A stretch of DNA of 64,000 nucleotides from Lama guanicoe (taxonomy: Eukaryota), in the NCBI GenBank assembly GCA_013239625.1, contig MU054925.1, positions 8,622,018 to 8,686,017 on the forward strand, written 5' to 3'. Below, in pieces: positions 47,048 to 59,930 of the stretch (the first letter of the stretch is position 1; each line of letters starts with the position of its first letter). The notes under the pieces were generated by a model that searched no databases, was not told where the DNA came from, and was given only the letters and a program-made list of their open reading frames with translations. A program made the translations under genes and the position numbers.

Positions 47048-50000
47048 GGGGAGGGTCTTCATTGGCAAAATGTTCTTCAGGCCTGCTACACAGAGAAATA
47101 GGCCTCGGTTGAATCCTAAGAATCCTGTGTATAAAAACTTATAGGCTTACTATTCAGCTTGAATCCCCTCTGAAGCCCTTTGGAGACAGTGAGTAGACCT
47201 GAGCTGCAGATCTGAGGTTCCCGTTAGGCTCTGGTTTCAACCCTCCTCCTGAATCAAACAGCTTTAGTAAGAAACCTCACAGTCACGTGGGGTTGAACGT
47301 ACTCGAGCTGATGAAGAGGGACTGAACACGCCTGACGCCTGTGCTAGCGGGGGCCCGCCCTCCCGCCACGTTCGAAAGGCCGGCGGTATCGCCGGTTCTA
47401 CCTCAAGGGAAGCTAGTGGCTTGGTGTCACCGTGGCTGGAGCCAGGGAACACAGCCGCATCCCAGTGTGCGGGCCTTCGGGGAGCCTTTGCCATCTAGCT
47501 GTTGGCGCATCAGCCTGGGCATAAGAAAAGAAAAGAAAGATGGCACTGTTGGGTGCCATGCTCGCTCTGGGTGCTTCTGGAAGCACCACCTGTGATCAGA
47601 AAAGTAAATACTGTTAAGGGAAGAGGGAAAGTGGTCTGGACAGAAACCAGGAGCCAGGCTCCAGGAAGCTGGAGCCAACAGACTGAGGTCTTCACGTGCA
47701 TCAGCCATTGCAGGGCTCTGTCCATGGGCTGCCTTGGTGGTGGTGGTTTGCCTGGCTTCCAGGGAGCCTTCACTTAGAGTATTGGGCTCAGCTAATGGAC
47801 GCCTGTGTGTCACATTAGCGCCGTTCCCATTAACGTAAGTAAGTCTTTAGTTACATGAGCAAGGCATAGAGTGTGTGTGCATATGGCTTCACCTCATAAA
47901 ACCTCATTCTTTTTCAAAACACCAGTTTCCTCTGTATATCAACTAACTTAGGTTGCCCAAATGTGCATTAACATTAAGACAGAACACTCAAAGGCCTACA
48001 TATGCTGAGCTGGGCATGCGGAGCTAATCCTGCTTCCACATCAGGAGATCCTTAAGCCAGGGCCTCTCCCCACAGGGCCACCTCCCTGATTACTTTTCCT
48101 CCACCTCCATTTTAGCTGGATCTAAAGTGTATACAGCAGGGCCTGTGACCCTCAGCTCAGGACGCAGAGAACACATCTGTTCAGATCCTCACAGGATTCT
48201 GCAACGCATGGTCATGAAGTGCACTGGGACACACAGTTAGTGCCTGTCTCTACGGGAAGGGAAATCAGTGACTTTGTGGAAATCCCCCCTCGGCAGGAGG
48301 CGGGCTGGCCTGGCGGCCCTCACCTGCCACGTTACCGAATGATCTCTGCAGCCCTGCAAAGTAGATAAATAGAATTCGAAGATAATTCTTTGCCTAACAG
48401 ACTAGAATTCAGATCCCTCCTTCAAAAAAGGTCCTTCCTACACTGAATGTATGTTCTGATGTTAGTTAAGCCAATTTCCCTCTTCCCAGGTTCAGACACT
48501 GAGAATCCTAAAGGCACTGGTGGGCTGTGGGCAGCATTCTCTGCAGGGCCTGACCTGGAATGGTATGTGGCATCACCAATTCCCTGGGTCCCAAAGGAGC
48601 AGCCAAAGGTTTTCAAAATATACGGGCATCCTTGGACCATGAAAGCACCATTAGGCACATGACTAACGAGCCAAAAAGGCCACGGCACTTGCCGGAAGGG
48701 ATGAGGCATTTCAGAAAGATAAGTAAGTCAAGATGCATCTGTGAGCTGGATGCATCCCTCAGCCTGCTTAGCTCTGCTACGTGGTTCATAAACCAGGGAT
48801 TAAGTCAATTTTCATTTCGGCTTTTTATTTCACCTTTAAGCAACCCCTAAGGTTTCCGGAGGAATTCTGTTTGACCTTTCGCTAAAGTTCAGCCTCTACC
48901 AAGTTACCAATTTTGGATGGTCCCTAGGTGATCACCTAAGACAGATTTCACTGTAATTCAATGAAAAGATAATCCCTGGCCTGAGAGTTCACAAAGGAAG
49001 GGCCCCCGGTGGGCTCAGGGGTGGCGAAAGTTCTGGGTTCAGTCCTGCTAATGAATTTGAATGATACTTTCATTGTGTAACTTTGATCACTGAGGTCGGC
49101 CCGGATGCATCTGCTGCATATTGAACACACGGCATTTCTCTCCCTCCTCCTGGCCCCAGATGAAGGTTCTCTCTGTGACCCCTGTGCTCTAAGCCCTAGA
49201 AAAAAGATGTAGCCCACGGGAGGGGTTGCCTTTGCAAGATGTCATTTACTTCCAAAGATATGATGGGAACGTTAAAATTATCACTGGACTTGGACTTCGG
49301 TGCCCAAACCAAGCAGGACACCCCTGCTGTAAGCACATACGCTCTAGATCTGCGTTTCTCTAACACCTAGTTTTCAAGGCTTTGCAGCGACACTCAGCGA
49401 GGAAACGTGGGGGTGGAGCAGGGGCTGGAGAAGCAGGCACTTCCAGTTCAGAGTGGGAAGCGGGACTTTGAAAGGGGTTCCCTCTTACCTAGCCTGCCTT
49501 ACTCTGTCTGCTAGATCTGCCTGATTCTTCAGGAAGTATGAAGAAGTCTCTCACTATGTGTATAGATTTAACGAGAAGGTTTTTTCCCACACGTTTTTGA
49601 TCACATAGTTGGCTAGCAGTTGCCACATTCACACCATGAAGACAGGGGTGCTTCTGGTCACAGAAGGGAAAAGAGCTCTCAGCTGGCATGAAAGGTGATT
49701 CGTTCCTATCCAAGATCACACCCGTTTAAACAATGGGAAATTCAACGCCCATGTCACTCATGCGTCAGGACAGGATGCCCTCGTCCACCACTTCCCTGCC
49801 TCCCCAACCCTGTGGGAACACGGCGGCCCCTCTCCCCATCTCCATGGACTGGGGGCATGCTCCTTTTAAAGGAAGGCCTCAGACCTCTCCACACACAGTT
49901 CAATACCATGATGCGGCCGGTTCAGCTTCCTGCATTCTTTTCCTTATTGATTGGTGCACCTCGGGCTATTAGGTTTATTAATTAAATGATAATTTGAGGG

Positions 50001-50574
50001 AGGTGAGTCTACAAGGAGATAAATGTCTCACAAAGAGACTCAAAGCTCGCAGGCAGGAAACACGCTGTGATTTACAAAGCGTGTATCTTTCTGGCATTTT
50101 CCCCCCAGGAAAAAGTGATCGTGGCTATCATCCTCTGAAAACAGAGATGCTTGTTTTCTGGGCAGGCTTGGAGATTAGCCAAGACAGTGTGACGATTCTG
50201 GGCACTTCACCGCACCTGCTGGAGGACCAGACTGAGCGAGCCGCCCCTGTGGATGCACGGGATCTGCCTGTGGAGAGTCACCCCCAGCCTCCCGAGAGCC
50301 AGCGCAGCAGAGCCGGGGGGGCTGGGAGTCTGGGGGGCTTCTTTGGAGCTATTGCCTCCTCCAGCTGGCTGCCTGCCCTGGCGTGATTCCCGTCCTGGAG
50401 GATCCAGAGGATGCCGCGCTTCCCTACCCAACCTCCTGGTCCCGCAACACACACAGCTGTAATAACACACAGGTTCTTAAGGGCAAACAATAGTTTCCTG
50501 ATGGAAGAGCCTGCCCACCACGGTGTCCACTCACTGCCCTCACCGGACACTTCCGGCCTTTCTCACTGTCCCGC

Positions 50575-50786
50575 CAGGGTGCCTCAGCCTCCCTCAGCCT
50601 CAGGCACTAGTCACATTTGGGGTCAGCTAATTCTCGGTGGTGGGGACAGTCCTGTGTAGCAGCATCCTGGGTCTCCGCCTACTTGAGGTGACTAGCACAC
50701 CTCTCCTTACCACTTGTGACGTCCACGAAGGTCTCTGGACATTGACACATGTCCCCGGGGTAAACCACCCCAGTAAAAAACAATGT
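50575..50786 (-). mobile_element. hAT-Charlie MER20
   Basis: 'ggcactagtcacatttggggtcagctaattctcggtggtggggacagtcctgtgtagcagcatcctggg...ttgtgac...gtctctggacattgacacatgtccccgggg'. Confidence 0.85.
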
Positions 50787-51059
50787 CCTAAGACAAGTGG
50801 GAAATGATGGGAGAAAATGACAACTCCCTCAGCCCTGAGGAACCGAAGGGGCTACATCGTCACCAACTCTCAGGCCAGCTTTTCAGATCCCACCTCCCAG
50901 GAATCTCAGTGAACCAGAGATCTCCGTTAGCAAGCGGGAAGGGGGCCTGCGGAGGGCAGTAAGGGCTGAGTTGAGGGCTATGGATTCTTTGGTCAAAAAA
51001 AAAAATGATGTAAGAATGACTGGACGGACTGAACTCTCTCTAGAGTGAAGGTCTAGCAG

Positions 51060-52200
51060 CCACTTCACGTGGAAATAGTTCTGAGCACCCACGACATCCC
51101 TCATCCAGTCAGTCATTTGACAGATTTTTTTGCCTCTCCTTTCCCCAGTCACTCTTCCAGTTTTTGCCCCCATCTTCTTTCCCCGGGGCTCCTGAAAGCA
51201 TCCTGTCTTTGCTTTCCTCGGGCCTTGCTTCTCACCACCCGCTCCTCTACCACCACCCATGCAGGTGGGCCGTCTTTCTGAAATTCAGATCCGATCACCC
51301 CAGCCAGCCATTGGCTTGATTCCTCGGCTTTCTGTTCTTTCAGAATAAAATCCAAACTCCTTACCAGGACTGCAAAGCTGTGAATTACCGTTCTCAGTTC
51401 ATTACCGACAGCTCTAAGTTCCCACTCCACGGGACCCTCTCGGTTACTCCCGAAGTGTGGGACGCACTCCTGTCTGGGTGCCCAAGGCGGTTACAGACAG
51501 CACACAGTCACGGCCTCACAGAGCATGGGTTTTCACGGCGGTATTCAGTTCCACCATCCTTTTTCCTCCTCGCACTCTTTCTGGAAGCACGTTCAGTGAG
51601 GTGTTTATCCTTCACACGGCTCTAACGCTCCATGGTCTCCCATTTTATACCAGAAAAGCACAGCCCTCATGCTCGAACTACACCATCCAGATGAAATTTA
51701 ATAACACCATTTTATTTTTCATCGTGCCAACTTGTGTAGCTGCCTCCTGTTTATGGCATGTCACGCTGCTTTTCTGTTACAAGAATGATGAAACCTTTCC
51801 TTTTTCACTGAACAGATTCAGGTAGGAAAAGGAAGTTGACTTGAAAACACATGAAGAGGAATAGAAGCGGTTCTTAACATAGCAACAACTGGGACCAACG
51901 ACTGGTATTTGGAAAATGAGGAGTTACATGAACTTGCCCCAGACTCTTCCACATCCCAGTCTTCCCTGTCCCCACGACAGTCAAAGAAGGGGGAGTGGGC
52001 AGGAGGAGGACAAGAATTGTTCCTCGTAATCGCTCCACCCACGTGCCCCCCCCAGCACCCTGGACACCTGTGCCCTCGTGGCACCTGTGGGTTCTGGGTT
52101 CATGTCTGTCCTGCCTACTGTGGCTTCTCCAGTGCCTGCTGCGAAGCTTGGCAGAGACAAGATACTAGATAAACCTATCTTGGTTGAATGGAGGAAATGG
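51060..52200 (+). mobile_element. Fragmented L2 remnants
   Basis: 'ttcagaataaaatccaaactccttaccagg' (about 51340) and a 3' tail 'cttggcagagacaagatactagataaacctatcttggttgaatggaggaaatg'. Confidence 0.55.
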
Positions 52201-52259
52201 AAACACATCATCTCTTTTAGCCAGATCTGGCCACACCAAGAGAAGGGCAAAATGAGGTG

Positions 52260-53150
52260 AGCAGAGAATCCGTGTCACTGAGGACGTTAACCCCGCTCCC
52301 GGGATGGAGAAGACAGAGAACTGATGATGAGAATTATTCGGGCGCGTCAGAGCTCCACCCCTACCGGCCGCCGAAGCATTCGTGGCTTGGCGCGGCTGCG
52401 TCTTGGGTCCAGCCAGGGAGCACAGCAAAGGGCCCACGGAAACCAGCAAGACATCAGCTTGCTTGCTTCCAGTCTTTCCTTCCACCTGGAGCTTTACGTT
52501 TACAAATGTGTGGCACTTGAAGGTATGTTTCCCCAGCCATTTCTGGATTGTAACAATTCCTTTCTTCCTACTGACAAAATCTGAAACTTAGCCTGGAGCA
52601 CTTTCTTGCCAAGGAGAGAACCGTGTCAGACTTGTGACGCGTGATGAAAGACTACGGTAATGTGGAAAAATGCTCTGAAACGCTGCCAGGGTGAGCGTGC
52701 GTGCACGGTGACTGAAACCGCCTGCACGCACAAACGGGAGCTCTGCGGCTCATCTGTAAGCTCGACAGGAAAACTGAGATATTCTTTTCCCTCCTTTGCA
52801 ATTTGCACAGCCTCTCGCTGGAAACTATGGAGATGATGCCACTGAAAGTAGCTGCTGTGTTTACCCCGCGCGCAATTTTCCCTCACTAATACGATCTCTC
52901 CCCGCGCAGCCATCCGTCTTGCGAGCTTCCCCCCCGCACGCTGGGCTGTTCCCGCACGTGCTGCTGCGAAAGCCTCACTGCAGACCTCGCACGAGCTAAG
53001 CACACGAGCTTCTGGGAGGGCGGGGGCGCCATTCTGGCGGTGCAGAAAATGACAGCCACCGTGCCCATCTGACAAACAAAGGTCGCGTAACTGAATGGGA
53101 TCCGGTCCCCACTCCACATCCCCCCAAAACACATGCGCAATGGTGCGCTC
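52260..53150. promoter_or_regulatory. Orphan CpG island / candidate enhancer
   Basis: About 39 CpG counted by eye in 52621-53150, GC-rich, not repeat-derived; contains a GC box (gggcggggg) and an E-box (cacgtg). Confidence 0.55.
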
Positions 53151-53239
53151 AATGGGAATGACCAGCAGGTTGAGCTGCCTAATTAGAAGAGGCAAGCCTG
53201 GGGTATTTACTATTGTGAGTCAGGTATTTTGCCCCTTTT

Positions 53240-53960
53240 TAGGTAAATCTCATAACATACTATGTGATAACTAGAAAGGTCTTTATTTGAGAAAACTGAG
53301 GCTCAGAAGGGATAACTAATTTGCACAGGGCTTCACTTGGCAACTTGTGTCCCAGCCGGGATTTACTGCGGGTCTGTGTGACTCCAGGGCTTGAATTCTT
53401 TCCATGATGAGCTGACTAAAGTCAACTCCTTTCCTTCCTGGAGTTGTGGTTAAATCTTCATTATCTGTGGTCCTTAAATATTATTTGTTGGTTCTCACGT
53501 ACCCATAACTAGAAGACTACCTGAAGCAAAAGGTATTTATTCATGAAGAAAGAACCAGTAGCCCAGAGAAGTAATTTCTCACGCACAAAATACGAACAAG
53601 CAGAAGAAAAAAATTCCAACACATTTCAAAGGCATCTCTCTGACTCGTTATGAAAAGAGAAACCCCCTTTTCGTTTTCTACAAAGGGCAAGTAAGAAAAT
53701 TAACTCACTGATAGACTGAGTAGTTCACTTTTGCTAAGGAAACAGCAGTTACCATGGATTAGGTATCTCCTATATGCCAGGGATCACACAAAGCGCTCTG
53801 CATGAAGGATACGTAGTCCTTACAACCCGATGATGGAGGCACTGCTATCAGCCCCGCTGGACAAATGTGGAAACCGAGGCTCAGAGCTTGTGTATCTTGG
53901 TAAGGTCGGTCAGCGAGGTCGGGAATTTAAACCCAGGCTTCTCTGGCTCTGAAGCCTTGT
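53240..53960 (-). mobile_element. Two MIR SINE fragments (about 53240-53410 and 53740-53960)
   Basis: 'gagaaaactgaggctcagaagggataactaatttgcacaggg' and 'gtggaaaccgaggctcagag...gggaatttaaacccaggcttctctggctctgaagcc'. Confidence 0.75.
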
Positions 53961-54329
53961 TCTCGTCTGCTATGTTACCTCGTCCTCTGCAAGCCTTTCC
54001 TAGCCAGCATCTTTGTGTTGGATAAGTAAGGGAATCATTTTATCCAGGAGTGAAAATGAGAAATTCTGGGAAAGCGAGTTAGTGTTTTAGGAAGAAGCCT
54101 CATTTTAAGAACGAAGCAGGCTGGTGAGTCACCGTGAGTCACAGTGCGACATCAGTCCCCCTGGGGCTCACCTTCCTGGTCTGCAAGCTGATGGTGGTGG
54201 AGAACAGAGTCTATGAGGGCCCTTCTTGCCCCCACGTTCTGCAATTCTGTTAAACAGGTTCCCCTCTCATACCCCTTTCCTGGGTTGTGATTTTTCGTTC
54301 TCTCATGGCCAGTAGACTTCAGCTACATC

Positions 54330-54870
54330 CAAGACTGGACTGCCCTCTGGTTCACGATCATCTGAACATCTTGCCTTGATTGCAGCCACTGTGGCAGCTC
54401 TCCCTGAGGTTGTCTAGTCAGCTCCCCTGGGCTTTCCGGACACGCAGACAGTGTATCCAGGGCTGAAAGTGCTCCCCTTCTCCTCTCACTCCTGCTCGGG
54501 ACTCCAGCCCCGCAGCCTTCTTTCAGGTCTTCAGATGGCCTCCTGCCACCCCAGAGTCCCTGCACGTCTGCTCCCCCGCCGGGAACACACTTGCCCCCCG
54601 CTCCTCCTGAGACTGGCCGTCCTGCCACCTTCAGATCTCAGCCCCTGGGCTACCTGTTCAAAGACGCCTTCCTTGTCTGACCCCTTGACTAACGAGGCTC
54701 CTTCATGATGGATTGGCCCTTTCCTTGAGAACAGTTCTCCAAACTGGTCCCTGTTTGCTCAGATGGATCAGTGCTTGGGTCTCCTACTAGACTCACGTTT
54801 GTCTCCCCAGCACCCAGCCCAGGGCGTGACTTGGAGGAGCCTCTCAGAACGTGCTGGTGGAAGAAATGGC
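54330..54870 (+). mobile_element. L2 fragment
   Basis: 'ccttcagatctcagcccctgggctacctgttcaaagacgccttccttgtctgaccc' and 'gtctccccagcacccagcccagggcgtgacttggaggagcctctcagaacgtgctggtggaagaaatg'. Confidence 0.6.
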
Positions 54871-56439
54871 ACCCTGACCTACGCCCCAGGTTTCCCTTGC
54901 TGGGGAGGTGCAAGAAGGGAGGGTGGGAAACCAATTTACAGTGGGCTTCCACGGCTAGACCTCCTCTCAGCCCATTAAGCAATGTCCCAGAACCAGGTTC
55001 TCTGCTGAACTTATTTTAATGTTTTTTTTCCCCATCTCCCAACACAAGTAATCTTGCAGATCAATGCCTGAGACCAAAGAGACTTATGGAATGTGAAGAA
55101 GATTATGCACATAAATGTACCAACTATGACAGCCGCGCTAATGTCGTGCCGAGCGCTAGTTTATCAACCTTTGCCACTTACAAAATTCACAGCCAATTTA
55201 ATTAAAAATACAACAGCTCGGAAAGCTGCTAAAATGACTACGACAACAGTCCATCATTCTGTAATAGTGCTGAAGATCCATTAGAAATGTCACACTAGAC
55301 ACCACATTTTTTTAAGCCCAGATAGCAGGGGCATGTCATTCCACACAATTAACGTCACTTCCTTAAAATACTGGCTTATCTATAAAGAAGAAAATGCCAA
55401 ACATCTTTATAACCCACATTTTTTATGGTCAAAACTTGCTTAGAAAGGTGCTTTGAATTTATTTGTTATAAGCTGCACATTTCACATTCAGAAAATCAAA
55501 ATGGTTTCCACTGACTAACTCATTTAATCATTTAGTTGATTTAATGAAAAACTGTGCATTTTTCTCTTCTTGGTTGCTAAGATTAATACTTTGTTCATTA
55601 GCAATCAAATATTGCAGGAAGGCTCACATCTTATTCTCACTTAACTCATTGCCTTTTATTTCCAAAAATTCTAATAGAATTTAAATGGTATCTTTTAAAT
55701 CACTTGGAAATTTTTCTCTTAGTAACTCACTTTGTCTTGTGGAAGACACGTTTGTGGCTGTGACAGCGAGACATTTATCCCCAACTTCCTTTTCCGATCT
55801 TTCTTTTATTTGGTGGGGGGGAGGCATGTATATGGGGAGTGGAGACTTCAGAAGAAATTATGAGACTAGCTTCCAGTGCTCTGAATTCATTAAGACATCA
55901 GCCACATCATGGCATCCCCTGACATTCTGTTAAGAAGGGCTCTTTGATTTATTAGTGGGATTTTATGAGCGACCTGGGAGAAGGAACCGCTTAAAAATGG
56001 TAACTGTAAGCATCTGGCTTTCATTTAATAAAGAATCGAAGCCACAGTGTAGAGGCGAATCCCTGCACACACGGCACACCTCTCCCATCACTCACAGAGG
56101 GTCCCGTGGTAAATGCCATTTCATCGCAGCAGCGTCGCCGGCAGTCTCATCTCTGCCATCCCTTGCTATTTTCAGAAGGGTGTAAATGGCCAAGTAAATT
56201 CCCCTCCCCTTGAAATACCTACGAGGGCAGATTCCACCATGGAACCTTTTCATGACCAGACTGGTTATAAAATCGTATAATCAATTTAAATGATTGCATA
56301 ACAGAGGCAGTCGTGGAAAAGCGGCATCGCCAGGTTTTCATTGCCTCCGTATCAAAAAATGGGTTTTGAGCCCCAAACGCCTGATAGGAGGAAATGCTAA
56401 CAGGCAGGTGCAGTGCTCTGTGCTGACTGCAGATATGGT

Positions 56440-56695
56440 GGTCTGGGGCTGGTGGTGTCATCACGAAAGAAAGAGGGCCCCATCCCTCAAGCTGCTGGCA
56501 TTCCTATTACCTTCCCTGGGGAAAGGCCATCTGAAGAAAGTACAGACACAAAGCCCTGGTGACAGTTTGTGTCCCTCAACCCAGCCACGTCTGTATCAGC
56601 TCAGATACACGAGCTGATTAATCCTTTCTCCCTCCCTTTGAGCACTTGGAGTTGGGTTCGGGTCACTTGCAGTCAAAGGAGCTCTTAACTTCCTT
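56440..56695 (+). mobile_element. Old MaLR LTR 3' part (MLT1J/K-like)
   Basis: 'tcagatacacgagctgattaatcctttctccctccctttgagcacttggagttgggttcgggtcacttgcagtcaaaggagctcttaact' resembles the MLT1J/K 3' terminus. Confidence 0.55.
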
Positions 56696-57384
56696 AGGTG
56701 CAGTCTACTGACCACAGCTTCTTGAGAGCATGGGCTGGCTCGTTCCTCTACCACCAGTGTCTAGCTCACGCCCTTGTCCCCATAAAAGCTTGTTGAGTGA
56801 ACAGACCAACACACTTCTGGGGCGAGGACATTTCCTTGGGGTCAGGTGTTTTGGGGGTCAGGTTATCAGCAGGAGCTACTTGGAGGGGTGTTCTGTGTAT
56901 TTTGGATCAAACTCTCATAAAAGAAGGCAGAGATCGGACAGACACTCAGGAATGCAGGTGTCAAGGTCAACTGGAAAAGAGAGAGCGAAGGGCCAGCCCA
57001 GGAGGATCTTACAGGAGCTTAGCATAAGACTGTGTGCCTACAATGACTAAGTCTTCATCATCATGACAGCAGTTCTGTGGCAAATGGAATTAACAATCCC
57101 ACGTGCTTTTGAAATGCTAACTTGTTAATAAGCCCCTTCGAGCTTTGCTTCTTCTCTGAAGGACTGGTTTGGGACCATACCCAGTTGCAGGAAACCAGTT
57201 TCATTTGAGCTGGTAATTGAGAGCCTAGGAGACAGCACCTTGCACTGTGGGGAGGAACATATGGCACCGACATTTGCTTTTTTGGTTTTACATCTAAAGC
57301 CTGGCCCTCTGGTGCAAAGCAATTCAAGGAAACATGACTTTCCAACCTGTATGGAAGGTGAGATCTCACTGTGATCCAAAAATC

Positions 57385-57620
57385 TATACTAAGGCTAAGC
57401 TCAAGGATCACCCAGACCTGGGGTTTAAATCCTGGATTTGCTCCTTTTTTGGCTGGAAGACCTTGAATAGATGACTTAATGCCCATGTGTAAGACAGGAG
57501 TATGCTACCCCCTTGCAGACGTTTTATGAAGACAAAGCGAGATTACTGGCGCTAAATGCTTAGCAAGAATCTGGTCCGTAGTAAGAGCTCAGTGTACACC
57601 AGCTATGATCGTCATAATAC
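57385..57620 (+). mobile_element. MIR SINE
   Basis: 'cagacctggggtttaaatcctgg...ggctggaagaccttgaatagatgacttaat...gctaaatgcttagcaagaatctggtccgtagtaagagctcagt'. Confidence 0.75.
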
Positions 57621-57869
57621 CAATGATCAGGATCATTTCAAGACTTTAAACCAGACTTTGCAGTGTTGAATGCCTTATTTGTTATGAATTAACATCTCAG
57701 GTGTGTATGTCCACCTGCCATCTTTTCTCCAGGTGTTGCTCACACTAGGATCACACCTGTCAAGTTCCCTTTCCTGTAGGTCAGAGGTTCATATCCTTTT
57801 TCTATGGTCAGGAATGCTCTTAAACTTCTGATGGAGTCTGAGGAGGCCCCTCTCTCAATCTCCAATGGT

Positions 57870-58075
57870 ACCTTGCCTGTTCCACCCGACTCCCCCACAC
57901 CTCTACACCGCTGCACTGTGATTGCTCATTTACTTGCTTCTAGAATCTTCCTGATTATAATGGAGGCTCTGGAAGGTCAGGTACTATCATCTGCTCAGAC
58001 CCCCATTGTATTTCCTTTGCTTAGCTCGGTGCCTGGCAGAGAGTAAGTGTTCAGTATTCGCTGAGTGAATACAGG
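57870..58075 (+). mobile_element. L2 3' end
   Basis: 'cattgtatttcctttgcttagctcggtgcctggcagagagtaagtgttcagtattcgctgagtgaat'. Confidence 0.7.
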
Positions 58076-59389
58076 AAAATCATAAAGCCTTCCCCCTGCT
58101 CCGTAAATATTCACCTATATGCAAGCTTTCGCATCTAACTTCGGGGTCTGTCTAGAGACTCCAGGGTAAGAACCTCTATTTTAGGCGATCATTAAAAATA
58201 AAGTGGGGAAATTTGAGGGCCAGATAAAGAAGCAGCCTTTCTTTATTATAAGCCAGAAAAAAAAATCATATGCAGTCAAGCATCAATTTCAAGAGAGGAA
58301 GGGCAAAGGTGGTGTCGACACAGTGTGACACATGATGGGAACCCATGGCCAAGTCTCTCACTTCACCTTAGGTGACAATGAGAGCCAAGTCTTGCCCAAG
58401 GTCGCGTGACTAGTGGCAGAGCGTATCCAAGCCTCCTGGCTCTTAGACCGCCACCTCCCTCATCCCAGGCCTCTTCCCCCAAAGCACAGTCTTTGCAAGA
58501 ATTCAAAAAAGATTTCCTTGAGAGCATTGCCAGAGGAGAATTTGAGGAAATGCAGGATTTGCATGACCTGGGTCCCATGAGAGTTCAGGCCTTTACAAGA
58601 AAGGGTTGAAGGAAATTTATGAAAACCTATGGAGTGACGTGCTCGCCCTGCTGCCTCATTTGAAGGAGGACACCATTCTCTGTTCTTCACTGACAGGAAT
58701 GTGACTTCAGAGGGCAAAAAACTAGACGCTCGAGAGCAAGCCCAGTGAAGTTGGGGCTTGTCTTTCCTTCCTCACTGTTAACACAGCACCCCCAAGAGTC
58801 GGGCAGTGACAGCCCAGAGCACTTCCCAGCTGGCTTTCACATTAATGTGAACCTTGTGCAGCTTTTTAACATGGTCCACAGTTTCAGAACCCATTAATCT
58901 CACTTATGCAGGATGTTTTGCGCGAACTTGGGCAAAGGTGTTTTTTGTTTTGTTTTTTAACTGATGGAAAAAAGAATCTGCCCCCCCCCCCGCCAGATGC
59001 TCTATCAGATAAATGTCACAGTTTTTTTTTAGAGAAATAGTATGTGATTTGGGAGCATCTGCAATTCTCTAGAACATACTGTTGTCAGAAGTTGCCTTAA
59101 ACTATTAAACATCAGGCTTTCCTTCAAAGATCTGGACTGAATTTTCCCATTACAGCACAAATGGCTTCTTTGAAAACAGTATCAGACAGAATAAAAAAAC
59201 TGTGCCAGCCCGTTAGCACCACTGCAACTCGATTACAGATACACTCCTGTTATCAGTAACAGTGCTCATTCCTCTGCCAGAAATGAAACTAGGGAGGACA
59301 TATGAATGAGTTTTCCTCAGTTGATACTTTGATTTGCAAAGGGTGTTGCAAATTCAAGCCATCACTGGTCCTTAGATTAACAAGAGCAG

Positions 59390-59930
59390 TCATCACTATT
59401 TACGCAGAGCCTAGGAAAGCCTGGGCTCCGTGCTGAACGCGTTGCCACACGGCCTCCTTTTGTCCCCTCAGCAGCCCCGTATCACCTTCCCTTTCTGGGC
59501 CCTGAGACCTAGTGCCCAGGTGACATGGCTTGAGAGCATTTGCTGTGTGCTGGGCACTCCGCTCTATGTTTCTCCTTACATCTCATTTACTCTCACCAAA
59601 AACACTCTTTGAGTTCAGGGCCGTGATAAATTCACAGTGGAAGAAACTGAGATGGTCTCAAACCCAGTTTATTCCCAAGTCACTGTGTGGGAAGGGCCTG
59701 TGCTGGTGAAGAGCAGGGACTCCGTGGTTGAAGCTCCTGGCCTCCACCTTTGCCAGCTGCCTGATCATGGGCAAGCCCCGCGTCCTCCTTTCTGGGGCTA
59801 AGTTTCTCATCTGTAAAACAATAAAATAATAGTATCTACCTCCCAGGGTTGAGAGGATGCACGGTGCAGTGCCTGGCACACAGTAACTACTCAGCCAACT
59901 GTTAGTATGGTTAATAGTAGTAATAGCTCT
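59390..59930. mobile_element. MIR cluster (reverse fragments at about 59390-59660, forward copy at about 59690-59930)
   Basis: 'catctcatttactctcacc...acagtggaagaaactgagatg' and 'gggctaagtttctcatctgtaaaacaataaaataatagtatctacctcccagggtt...cagtgcctggcacacagtaactactcag'. Confidence 0.8.

Noticed and set aside
47402-47514. Exon-like segment on - (ttcttttcttatgcccag acceptor, GAG/gtagaa donor)
   Set aside because: All three frames close before that donor; no recognisable product or partner exons
52626-53195. 189-aa minus-strand ORF
   Set aside because: No recognisable domain; long ORFs arise by chance in GC-rich, stop-poor sequence; no supporting splice structure
57300-57316. CTCF-like motifs (also at about 54340 and 62440)
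   Set aside because: Only partial matches to the core consensus; cannot be supported without PWM scoring or ChIP data
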